DNA from: an uncultured Lentisphaeraceae bacterium
GTDB taxonomy: Bacteria > Verrucomicrobiota > Kiritimatiellia > RFP12 > UBA1067
Assembly: GCA_964613265.1 (NCBI GenBank)
Contig: CAZTHR010000002.1
Span: 1 to 26,955 of the forward strand
Direction of reading: 5' to 3'
DNA: 26,955 nucleotides
Shown: one piece after another, positions 7,762-15,201 of the stretch
Numbering within the stretch: position 1 is the first letter of the stretch
How the letters are laid out: every line of letters starts with the position of its first letter
Position numbers and translations under genes: made by a program
The notes under the pieces: generated by a model
Seen by the model: only the letters and a program-made list of their open reading frames with translations
What the model was told of the DNA's origin: nothing
Databases searched by the model: none

Positions 7762-7838
7762 GGCGAGAGTAGCTCAATTGGTAGAGCATCAGATTGTGGA
7801 TCTGAGGGTTGCGGGATCGTGCCCCGTCTCTTGCCCCA
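7762..7838 (+). tRNA. tRNA-His (anticodon GTG) with encoded G-1, C73 and CCA
   Basis: Folded by hand: acceptor GCGAGAG/CTCTTGC, D arm GCTC/GAGC, anticodon arm TCAGA-TTGTGGA-TCTGA, T arm GCGGG-ATCGTGC-CCCGT, CCA at 7836-7838. Confidence 0.95.
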
Positions 7839-7844
7839 AATTCT

Positions 7845-7872
7845 CCGTCCGGGGCTTAGCCGGGCGGTTTTT
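7845..7872 (+). terminator. intrinsic terminator after tRNA-His
   Basis: Stem CCGTCCGG/CCGGGCGG (8 bp, one G-U), 7-nt loop, followed by TTTTTCCTTTC. Confidence 0.65.
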
Positions 7873-7892
7873 CCTTTCAAAGGAGTCGTGGC

Positions 7893-9428
7893 ATGACGGA
7901 CAAGGCGCTGCTTGAACAGTATCTGCGCAGGATTCTCAACTCGAACGTCTACGATGTGGCGATTGAAAGTCCGTTGGAGGAGGCGGTCGCGTTGTCCGCC
8001 AAACGGGGGAACACGTTTCTGCTCAAGCGCGAAGATCTGCAGTGTGTGCATTCGTTCAAACTGCGCGGCGCCTACAACAAGATGTCGCGTCTGTCCGTCG
8101 ACGCGCTCCAGAAGGGCGTTTTGGCGGCGTCGGCGGGCAATCATGCGCAGGGTGTGGCGCTGAGCGCGCGCAAGCTTGGTTGCAAGGCCACCATCGTCAT
8201 GCCAGTGACGACGCCGGAAATCAAGATTGCGTCCGTCAAGAGCCTTGGCGCGTCCATCGTTCTCGCGGGCGATTCCTATTCCGACGCGGCGGCGGAGGCG
8301 GCGCGTCTCGTGAAGGAACAGGCGTTTACGTTCATTCCGCCGTACGATGATCCGGATGTCATTGCCGGGCAGGGGACGGTGGCGATGGAGATTCTGCGCC
8401 AGCGGCCGGGGAAACTGGACGCCGTCTTCGTCCCCGTCGGCGGCGGCGGATTTGCGGCCGGTGTGGCCGTCTACATCAAGGCCGTTCGTCCGTCTGTCAA
8501 AGTCTACGGTGTCGAACCGGTCGATTCGGATTGCATGGATCGCTCGATCAAGGCGGGCCGGCGCGTTGAACTTTCCGAAGTTGGGCTTTTTGCCGACGGC
8601 GTGGCTGTGAAGAAGCCGGGCAAGATCACGTACGACCTTTGTCGACGCTTTTTGGACGGCATCGTCCGTGTGACGACGGACGAAACGTGTGCGGCGATCA
8701 AGGACATTTTCGAGGCGACACGTGCCATTTGCGAACCGGCCGGCGCGCTGGCGCTCGCGGCCGCCAAACAGCACGCCGCGAAGAAGGGGGCGCAGGGCGA
8801 AACGTACGCCTGCATCATCTCCGGCGCGAACATGAACTTCGACCGCATACGTTTTGTCTGCGAACAGACGGAGATCGGTGAACGGCGCGAGGCCATCTTG
8901 GAGTGCCGTATCCCCGAAGAACGTGGCGCGTTCAAGGCGTTCATCCGCCATCTCGGCAAACGCAACGTGACGGAATTCAACTACCGCTATTTCGATCCCG
9001 ACAAGGCCTACGTGTTCGTAGGGTTGTCCGTGGCCGATCGCTCGGAGACGCGGCAGATCATTCAGCAGTTGGCGAATGCGCGGATTGGAACGATTGACTT
9101 GTCCGAGGACGCGCTCGCCAAGGAGCACATTCGCCACATGGTGGGCGGCCACACGCGCGGCATCCACGACGAAGTGGTCTACACATTCGAGTTCCCGGAG
9201 CGGCCGGGCGCGTTGGCGGACTTTTTGGAGGCCATCTCGAATTCCTGGAACATTACCCTCTTCCACTACCGCAACCACGGCGCCGACCATGGAAAGGTTC
9301 TTGTCGGACTTCAGGTGCCGAAGAAGGAACGGGCGGCATTCACGCGAACGCTGCGTGCGCTCGGCTACGTGTTCAAGGAGGTTTCGTCCAACCCGGCGTA
9401 TCGCCTTTTCCTTGGCAACCGCGACTAA
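7893..9428 (+). CDS. ilvA: threonine ammonia-lyase, biosynthetic (long form with two C-terminal regulatory ACT-like domains)
   Basis: LKREDLQCVHSFKLRGAYNKM (PLP lysine), ASAGNHAQGVA, GQGTVAMEIL, VPVGGGG, ISGANMNFDR, IPEERGAF and FEFPERPGAL...FHYRNHGAD regulatory repeats. SD AAGGAG upstream. Confidence 0.97.
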   Translation: MTDKALLEQYLRRILNSNVYDVAIESPLEEAVALSAKRGNTFLLKREDLQCVHSFKLRGAYNKMSRLSVDALQKGVLAASAGNHAQGVALSARKLGCKATIVMPVTTPEIKIASVKSLGASIVLAGDSYSDAAAEAARLVKEQAFTFIPPYDDPDVIAGQGTVAMEILRQRPGKLDAVFVPVGGGGFAAGVAVYIKAVRPSVKVYGVEPVDSDCMDRSIKAGRRVELSEVGLFADGVAVKKPGKITYDLCRRFLDGIVRVTTDETCAAIKDIFEATRAICEPAGALALAAAKQHAAKKGAQGETYACIISGANMNFDRIRFVCEQTEIGERREAILECRIPEERGAFKAFIRHLGKRNVTEFNYRYFDPDKAYVFVGLSVADRSETRQIIQQLANARIGTIDLSEDALAKEHIRHMVGGHTRGIHDEVVYTFEFPERPGALADFLEAISNSWNITLFHYRNHGADHGKVLVGLQVPKKERAAFTRTLRALGYVFKEVSSNPAYRLFLGNRD

Positions 9429-10114
9429 TCGCCGCGATATTTGCCGCGACAGTTGCTACAGAAGAAATCCGGGCCCGCCCAGGTCGTTTCCTCCTCGTGG
9501 CCGCATTTCTTGCAGACGCGCAGGGTGCGTTCGCGGACGAGGCGTACTTCCTCGGCGTGGTCGTCTAGATAGAGCGGCGGGAAATCGTTGACCCGCGTTT
9601 TGGAGAAAAGGGTCTGGTTGAACGGGACGGGTTTACCGTCCGGGTTGTGGAAGCCGACGACTTGGATGCGCTTGCCGAAGAGGCGGGCGCGGCGAATCGC
9701 AGGGAGATAGGCGATGTCGTCGCTCAGCAGGATTGCCACATCGTAGGCCGACGGCTGCGCGGCGTAGAACAGAAGGGAGGCGGCAAGGGACATCTTGATC
9801 CAGTTTTCGTCGTCGCCACCGTCGAGTTCGTGGATTTCCGTTTCATAGCCACAGTTCTTTTCGAGGAAGTCGTAGAACGAATACTGCTTGGCCGCACTGA
9901 AGCCGGCACGGGACGGCGGAAGCGTCCCGAAGTAGAGCGTCCGCACAAGAGACACATCCTCGTCCAGACGGTCTGCGACATCTTCGCAGAAAATCTTCGG
10001 GAGTTTCTGGTAGTCGATTTCAAACCCGTTCGTTTCGTTCAAACGTGCGAACAAGGCGGTTCGGCCACGATAAAGCCACCCGCCGTCGATAAACACCATC
10101 GCCTTGACTGACAT
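9425..10114 (-). CDS. NYN/LabA/DUF88 (PIN-like) domain protein with a C-terminal CxxC-x14-CxxC zinc ribbon; active site appears degenerate
   Basis: MVFIDGGWLY, LVRTLYFGT, YDVAILLSDDIAYLPAIRRARLFGKRIQVVGF, C-terminal CKKCGH...FFCSNCR. SD GAGGGA upstream. Confidence 0.8.
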   Translation of the reverse strand: MSVKAMVFIDGGWLYRGRTALFARLNETNGFEIDYQKLPKIFCEDVADRLDEDVSLVRTLYFGTLPPSRAGFSAAKQYSFYDFLEKNCGYETEIHELDGGDDENWIKMSLAASLLFYAAQPSAYDVAILLSDDIAYLPAIRRARLFGKRIQVVGFHNPDGKPVPFNQTLFSKTRVNDFPPLYLDDHAEEVRLVRERTLRVCKKCGHEEETTWAGPDFFCSNCRGKYRGD

Positions 10115-10153
10115 CTGTCATCCCTCGGTTTACGATACGCTATATGTGATGAT

Positions 10154-11212
10154 CTATTTGCTTTCCGGCAGATTGATACGCCAGGGAATTGAATCGTCGT
10201 CGCCTTTCCCAACGTCGAGAATTTCCGTTTTCGGCGCCGCGGTCGTGCGGGTCGATGCGGCGGCCGCCGCCTTGGGCGGTTGCGCCGGCGCAGACGGGGC
10301 CGGGACGTCTTTCCGCTTGGCAGTGCGCGTTTTCTTGAGCAGAGCCTCCAACTCAGGATCGTCCGCCTCGGCGTCCTTGAAGTAGTCGATCGCGCCGTTC
10401 GTCCCCGCAGCGGATTTCGAAGCCGGCGGCAACGGGGCGGCTTTGGCCGGCGGCGGGGGCGGAACGTCTGTTTGCAGCGGCGCAACGGCAGGTTTCGGCG
10501 GGGGCGGCGGCGGGAGAGCCGCTTGGGCGGCGGCCGCCGCGTTCAACGCATCCTGCCGTGCATAATATTCGGGATAGAGACGGCGACGCTGCTGTTCAAG
10601 GATGGCCTTGCTCCGATCCTCTTTTAGTTTCTGGCGTTCGGCCTTGATGCGTTCGCGTTCCGCTTGAAGCGCATCCTGCTGGCGGCGGAGTTCTTCTTTG
10701 AGGCGAATGGCCTCAAGGGATTCCGACAACGCGGTGGGCGACGGCGCGGCCACGACCGGAGCGGCGGGCTGGGCAGCCTGTTTGGAAAGCGCCGTGGCCA
10801 ACGACTCGATTTTCTCCAAAAGCGGTTTCAAGACTTTCGCGTCCGAAGATTCCGCCTGCGCCGGGGTAGCGGGCTGGGGTACGGGCGGCTGGACGACGAC
10901 CGGCGGCTGTTGGACTGGCGCGGGGCGTTCACGCAACGCGATGTCCAGCAGACGGTCGTTCAGCGACTGGTTGCGGTTGATGACGGCCACGACCACGAGC
11001 GTGAACGTTACGACGACAACCACGAGGAGGACGACGAAGAAAACCGAGAGACCAAGCATTCGTTTGCGGGCCTTGGCCTGTTCGGCGTTGAGATATTCCT
11101 GGAACGCTTTCAGGACGGGAAAGTCGTTGGCGCTCGCGCCGGATTGGTCGAAGAGGCTGACGGCCGACGGCTGCGGCGGAACCTGCTGCGGATCTTGTGT
11201 TGTCTCGGTCAT
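10154..11212 (-). CDS. hypothetical bitopic membrane protein with a coiled coil and Pro/Ala-rich linkers
   Basis: One hydrophobic segment (MLGLSVFFVVLLVVVVVTFTLVVVAVI) after a basic patch, heptad-like EAIRLKEELRRQQDALQAERERIKAERQKLKE, poly-Pro tracts. Has its own SD and promoter. Confidence 0.8.
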   Translation of the reverse strand: MTETTQDPQQVPPQPSAVSLFDQSGASANDFPVLKAFQEYLNAEQAKARKRMLGLSVFFVVLLVVVVVTFTLVVVAVINRNQSLNDRLLDIALRERPAPVQQPPVVVQPPVPQPATPAQAESSDAKVLKPLLEKIESLATALSKQAAQPAAPVVAAPSPTALSESLEAIRLKEELRRQQDALQAERERIKAERQKLKEDRSKAILEQQRRRLYPEYYARQDALNAAAAAQAALPPPPPPKPAVAPLQTDVPPPPPAKAAPLPPASKSAAGTNGAIDYFKDAEADDPELEALLKKTRTAKRKDVPAPSAPAQPPKAAAAASTRTTAAPKTEILDVGKGDDDSIPWRINLPESK

Positions 11213-11236
11213 ATCTTCCTTTCTAAAACATCGAAC

Positions 11237-11265
11237 ATTTTAGCATGGTAAGCCCTCTTTTGCAA
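11237..11265 (-). promoter_or_regulatory. sigma70-like promoter for the membrane hypothetical/NYN genes, TTGCAA-N17-TAAAAT with TGn
   Basis: Minus strand reads TTGCAA aagagggcttaccatgc TAAAAT. Confidence 0.7.
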
Positions 11266-11275
11266 CCCCCGCTTG

Positions 11276-11284
11276 TGGTATACT
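11276..11284 (+). promoter_or_regulatory. extended -10 promoter element TGgTATACT for pfkA
   Basis: TG-G-TATACT at 11276-11284, about 50 nt upstream of the pfkA ATG. No good -35 at 17-nt spacing. Confidence 0.55.
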
Positions 11285-11335
11285 ATGTGCCGTTTTTCAA
11301 CGCGGCCGCTGGTTCGGCCATCGGAGACACGACAC

Positions 11336-12703
11336 ATGAATTCGACACTTGAAAAAATCGCGGCCCACCCGGAGGTCTACTCCTGTCTGGTCGATTCCCT
11401 GGGCGAATGCAAGATCCTTTCGCCCATCCGCCACCACGATTTCATCCAGGAAGGCGAGCGCGTCCTTCTCACCGAACACGTCCCGCTGCGCGACTGGTTG
11501 CAGAAGAAGCTCGGCCATGAACCGACGTTCGAGCGCGCCGGTCCGCACGAAAAGATTTTCCACGACCCCAGCTGGACGCGCGTGGGCATCTTGACAGCGG
11601 GCGGCATCTGCCCCGGTCTCAACAACGTCATCAAGGGCCTCGTCGAAATCCTTTCCTTTGACTACGGCATCAAGACGATCTACGGTATCCGCTTCGGTTA
11701 CGCGGGGCTGAGTCCGCGTTTCGGTTATCCGCCGATCATGCTGAATCCGGACGTGGTGGACACGATTCACGAGGTCGGCGGCACGATTCTGGGTTCTTCG
11801 CGCGGGCAGCAGCCGACGGAGGAGATGGTGGACACGCTCGTGCGGATGAACATCAACGTCTTGTTCTGCATCGGCGGCGACGGTTCGCTGCGGTGCGCGC
11901 GCGACATTGCGGAGGAATGCCGGCGGCGCAAGTTGTCGATTTCCGTCATCGGCGTTCCCAAGACCATCGACAACGATCTCCAGTTCGTGGGGCCGAGTTT
12001 CGGTTTCGAGACGGCCGTGGCGGAGGCGACGGGCGTGATTCGGAGCGCCCACGTCGAAGCGCGTGGCACGTTCAACGGTATTGGTCTTGTCAAGCTGATG
12101 GGGCGCGATTCCGGCTTCATCGCCGCCAGCGCCACCGTGTCGAACCCCGTGGTGAACTTCTGTCTCATTCCCGAAGTCGATTTCGAGATGGACGGCCCGC
12201 ACGGCTTGCTGGCCGCTCTTGAACGTCGTTTCGCGAGCGGCAAGACGCATACCGTCGTCGTTGTGGCCGAGGGCGCGGGGCAGAAGCTCGTCGAAGGTGT
12301 CGAGGAACGGGACGCGAGTGGCAACATTCTCAAGAAGGACATCGGCGAGTTCATCAAGCGCCGCATCACGCGTCATTTCAAGGACAAAGGCATCGTCTCC
12401 AGCGTCAAGTATTTCGACCCCAGTTATATGATTCGCAGCGTGCCCGCGCGTGGGACGGACGCCATTCGCTGCTACATGCTCGCCCGTAACGCCGTCCACG
12501 CCGCGATGGCGGGACGCACGAACTGCGTCGTCGGCAGCGTGGGCGAATGGTATACGGTTGTGCCGATCAAGTTGGCGACGATCGAACGTCAGAAGGTGCT
12601 CGTACACAGCGACCTCTGGCGCAGCGTGATTGATGCGACAGGGCAGGAATTCTACTTTTCGACGGATGGCGAAACGCCGCGCGGCGACATGATGGCGCCG
12701 TGA
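11336..12703 (+). CDS. pfkA: 6-phosphofructokinase, probably ATP-dependent clade-X type (G104/K124 signature)
   Basis: ILTAGGICPGLNNVI, GGTILGSSRG, IGGDGSLR, GVPKTIDND, FGFETAV, VKLMGRDSGFIA, YFDPSYMIRSVPA. Start moved to ATG 11336 (SD GGAGA at 11323-11327). Confidence 0.92.
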   Translation: MNSTLEKIAAHPEVYSCLVDSLGECKILSPIRHHDFIQEGERVLLTEHVPLRDWLQKKLGHEPTFERAGPHEKIFHDPSWTRVGILTAGGICPGLNNVIKGLVEILSFDYGIKTIYGIRFGYAGLSPRFGYPPIMLNPDVVDTIHEVGGTILGSSRGQQPTEEMVDTLVRMNINVLFCIGGDGSLRCARDIAEECRRRKLSISVIGVPKTIDNDLQFVGPSFGFETAVAEATGVIRSAHVEARGTFNGIGLVKLMGRDSGFIAASATVSNPVVNFCLIPEVDFEMDGPHGLLAALERRFASGKTHTVVVVAEGAGQKLVEGVEERDASGNILKKDIGEFIKRRITRHFKDKGIVSSVKYFDPSYMIRSVPARGTDAIRCYMLARNAVHAAMAGRTNCVVGSVGEWYTVVPIKLATIERQKVLVHSDLWRSVIDATGQEFYFSTDGETPRGDMMAP

Positions 12704-12717
12704 CGCGGAGGATTCGT

Positions 12718-13575
12718 ATGACCGACGACTATGAACTGATCGATGCCGGCGACGGACGCAAGTACGAGCGTTTCGGCAACATCTCGCTCGTCCGGCCCTG
12801 TTCCCAGGCGCTTTGGCGGCCGCACGATCCTGCGTCCTGGCGTCAGGCGACGGCGAGTTTCGACCGCGAGGAAGGCAACCACTGGCATGGCCGTCAGGCT
12901 CTGCCCGCGTCGTGGACGATTCGCACGGCGGGGATCGCGTTCAAACTGCTGGGGACGGATTTTGGCCATCTCGGCATCTTCCCCGAACAACGCGCACAAT
13001 GGAACTGGATTCGCGAAACCGTCCGTGTCGCCCAGTCTGCCCGTACGGCGGACGCGCCGCGCGTTTCGGTGCTCAACCTGTTCGCTTACTCGGGTGGCAG
13101 CACGATCGCCGCCGCGCAGGGCGGCGCGGAGGTCTGCCATCTGGACGCCTCGAAGGGCATGGTGCAGTGGGCGCGGGAAAACGCCGCGTTGAACGGTCTG
13201 GCCGACCATCCCATCCGCTGGATTGTGGACGACGCGCACAAATTCATGCGTCGTGAAGCACGGCGCGGGCGGCGGTATGATGCGGTGATTTTCGATCCTC
13301 CCACATTCGGGCGCGGCGCGAACGGCGAGATGTACAAGATTGAACGCGACTTGCAGGAGACGCTTGCGCTCGTGCGCGACGTTCTCTCCGAGCGTCCGCT
13401 GTTCGTTCTCTTCTCCTCGCATACGCCCGGCCTTTCCTGCTGCGTGGCCGAGAACATTGTGTCTCAGGCGTTCGGCGTCTCCCGCGTGGAAAGCGGCGAA
13501 ATGCTACTTGAACCGGCGCCGGGGCGGGATACGTCGCCGTGTCCGTCCGGCATTTATTGCCGGGGGATTTTTTGA
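12718..13575 (+). CDS. class I SAM-dependent methyltransferase, RlmI/RlmK-like family
   Basis: DYELIDAGDGRKYERFG, HLGIFPEQ, VLNLFAYSGGST, CHLDASKGMV, RWIVDDA, YDAVIFDPPTFGRG. SD GGAGGA at 12707-12712 supports ATG 12718. Confidence 0.85.
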   Translation: MTDDYELIDAGDGRKYERFGNISLVRPCSQALWRPHDPASWRQATASFDREEGNHWHGRQALPASWTIRTAGIAFKLLGTDFGHLGIFPEQRAQWNWIRETVRVAQSARTADAPRVSVLNLFAYSGGSTIAAAQGGAEVCHLDASKGMVQWARENAALNGLADHPIRWIVDDAHKFMRREARRGRRYDAVIFDPPTFGRGANGEMYKIERDLQETLALVRDVLSERPLFVLFSSHTPGLSCCVAENIVSQAFGVSRVESGEMLLEPAPGRDTSPCPSGIYCRGIF

Positions 13576-13581
13576 TATAAT
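13573..13581 (+). promoter_or_regulatory. extended -10 promoter element TGaTATAAT overlapping the methyltransferase stop codon
   Basis: The TGA stop at 13573-13575 supplies TGn; TATAAT at 13576-13581. The exosortase ATG is only 9 nt further on, with no SD. Confidence 0.55.
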
Positions 13582-13590
13582 CCTTGATCT

Positions 13591-15201
13591 ATGAGACGGT
13601 TTCTTTCATCTCCGCGCGGGGGGCTGTTCCTCGCGACGGTCGTGCTTTTGTTGTTCGGGTTCGCCGGCATGTTCCAGCGGATCATGCAACTCTTTGCCGC
13701 GCCGGACGAGGATTTGTCGTATGGGTGGTTCGTGCCCGTCTTTTCGCTTTTTGTGCTGTGGACGCGGCGGCGTGAGTTGGTGGCGGCCGCGACGGCGGGT
13801 GCGCCCTCGTGGGGCGGTTTGGCGGCGTGTCTGCCGTGTCTCGTTCTCGCGGTTCTGGGAACGCGCGGCCTGCAGGTCCGCTTCGAGCAGCTTGGGTTCA
13901 TCGGCCTTTGCATCACCGTGCCGTGGGCGTTCTTCGGACGTGCCGTGGCGAAGATCTGCGTCTTCCCCGCGCTCTACCTGCTCTTCACGATTCCGCTCGC
14001 GACCTTCCTCGACGTGGTGACGATCCATTTGCGTCTCCTTGCCTGTTCAACGGCGCTTGCGGTGCTGAACGGTATCGGCGTGGAAGTCGTGCAGCAGGGG
14101 ACGGCGATCCTCTCTCAGGGGGCGCATCCGTTTTCAATCGACGTGGCGGAGCCGTGTTCGGGGCTGCGTTCGCTTTTTGCGCTCATGGCGTTGACGGCGG
14201 CCTACGCCTGGTTCACGCAATCGGGCTTTCTGCGTCGTGCGTTGCTCTTCGCCTGTTCGATTCCGCTGGCCGTCTTGGGGAACGTCATGCGCATTGTGAC
14301 AATCTGCCTCGTGGCGGCGGGGGCGGATCCCGATTTCGCAACGGGGTTCTACCACGACTATTCGGGCTACATCGTCTTTCTCGTCGCCATCCTCTGCATG
14401 GTGGGCTGTGGCGAGTTGATCGGGCGAATGCCCGTACGGGCGCACCGGACGGACGCGCCGGACGTATCTCCGGTTCGTCCATCGACAGGTCGTCGCGGAA
14501 TCGTCGTGCCTCTTGCGGCGTCTCTGGTGTTGGGTTCGCTGGCGCTCTTTCAGGCCACGACGCCCAAATCCACCCTCGCCGAAGCGCCGGCCATTTCGCT
14601 GCCGCGCAACGTGCCGGGGCATGTGGACGACGGTTTGCGTTTCTGCCACAACGAGACGTGTCTCCAGTGCGTGACCCTCGCCGAGTTGAACGGCGCGACG
14701 GCGTGTCCGACGTGCGGCGGTGACCTTTTCCACGTGTCGCTGGGCGAGAAGACGTTGCTGCCGGCGGATACAAAGCTCGAAAAGCGCACGTATCGGAATG
14801 CGCACGGCCAGCATTTCCTCGTCAGCGTCGTCATCGGCGGCGCGAGCAAGAGTTCCATCCACCGCCCCGAACTCTGTTTGCCGACTCAGGGTTTCCTCAT
14901 GGCCGACCCCGCGAACTTCGCGGTGGACGGCATTCCGTTCCACGCCATTCATCTGGCGAACAAGCAGATGCCGACGTCCATGCTGGCCTATACGTTCTTC
15001 AACCAGGCGGGGATGCGGACGGCTTCGCACACGCGGCGCATTTTGCAGGACGTTCTGGACCGATCGTTCCTGAACCGCATCGACCGCTGGGTGATGGTGT
15101 CTGTCCAGGCCTCCTCCGCAGCGGGGTTTTCGCTCGATCGGGCGGCGGATCGACAGGCGCTTGAGGCGTTCCTCTCGCAGATGATGAAAGGGTTGCGGTG
15201 A
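13591..15201 (+). CDS. exosortase (EpsH family) fused to an EpsI-like domain containing a Cys-rich insertion
   Basis: Multi-TM N-terminal half with DEDLSYGWFVP, catalytic triad motifs VAEPCSGLRSL (Cys), GNVMRI (Arg) and FYHDYSG (His). EpsI-like KRTYRN...VSVVIGG...SIHRPELCLPTQGF. Confidence 0.9.
   Translation: MRRFLSSPRGGLFLATVVLLLFGFAGMFQRIMQLFAAPDEDLSYGWFVPVFSLFVLWTRRRELVAAATAGAPSWGGLAACLPCLVLAVLGTRGLQVRFEQLGFIGLCITVPWAFFGRAVAKICVFPALYLLFTIPLATFLDVVTIHLRLLACSTALAVLNGIGVEVVQQGTAILSQGAHPFSIDVAEPCSGLRSLFALMALTAAYAWFTQSGFLRRALLFACSIPLAVLGNVMRIVTICLVAAGADPDFATGFYHDYSGYIVFLVAILCMVGCGELIGRMPVRAHRTDAPDVSPVRPSTGRRGIVVPLAASLVLGSLALFQATTPKSTLAEAPAISLPRNVPGHVDDGLRFCHNETCLQCVTLAELNGATACPTCGGDLFHVSLGEKTLLPADTKLEKRTYRNAHGQHFLVSVVIGGASKSSIHRPELCLPTQGFLMADPANFAVDGIPFHAIHLANKQMPTSMLAYTFFNQAGMRTASHTRRILQDVLDRSFLNRIDRWVMVSVQASSAAGFSLDRAADRQALEAFLSQMMKGLR

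Noticed and set aside
1-7838. Adhesin block as an island integrated at tRNA-His
   Set aside because: The block is on the 5' side of the tRNA, no duplicated tRNA 3' end or integrase is seen, and its GC-rich style matches the core genes.
11260-13581. Apparent TTGCNN-N13-TATANT promoter class at pfkA and the exosortase gene
   Set aside because: Only two cases. In pfkA the TTGCAA is the -35 of the opposite-strand promoter, and both have TGn extended -10 elements that need no -35.
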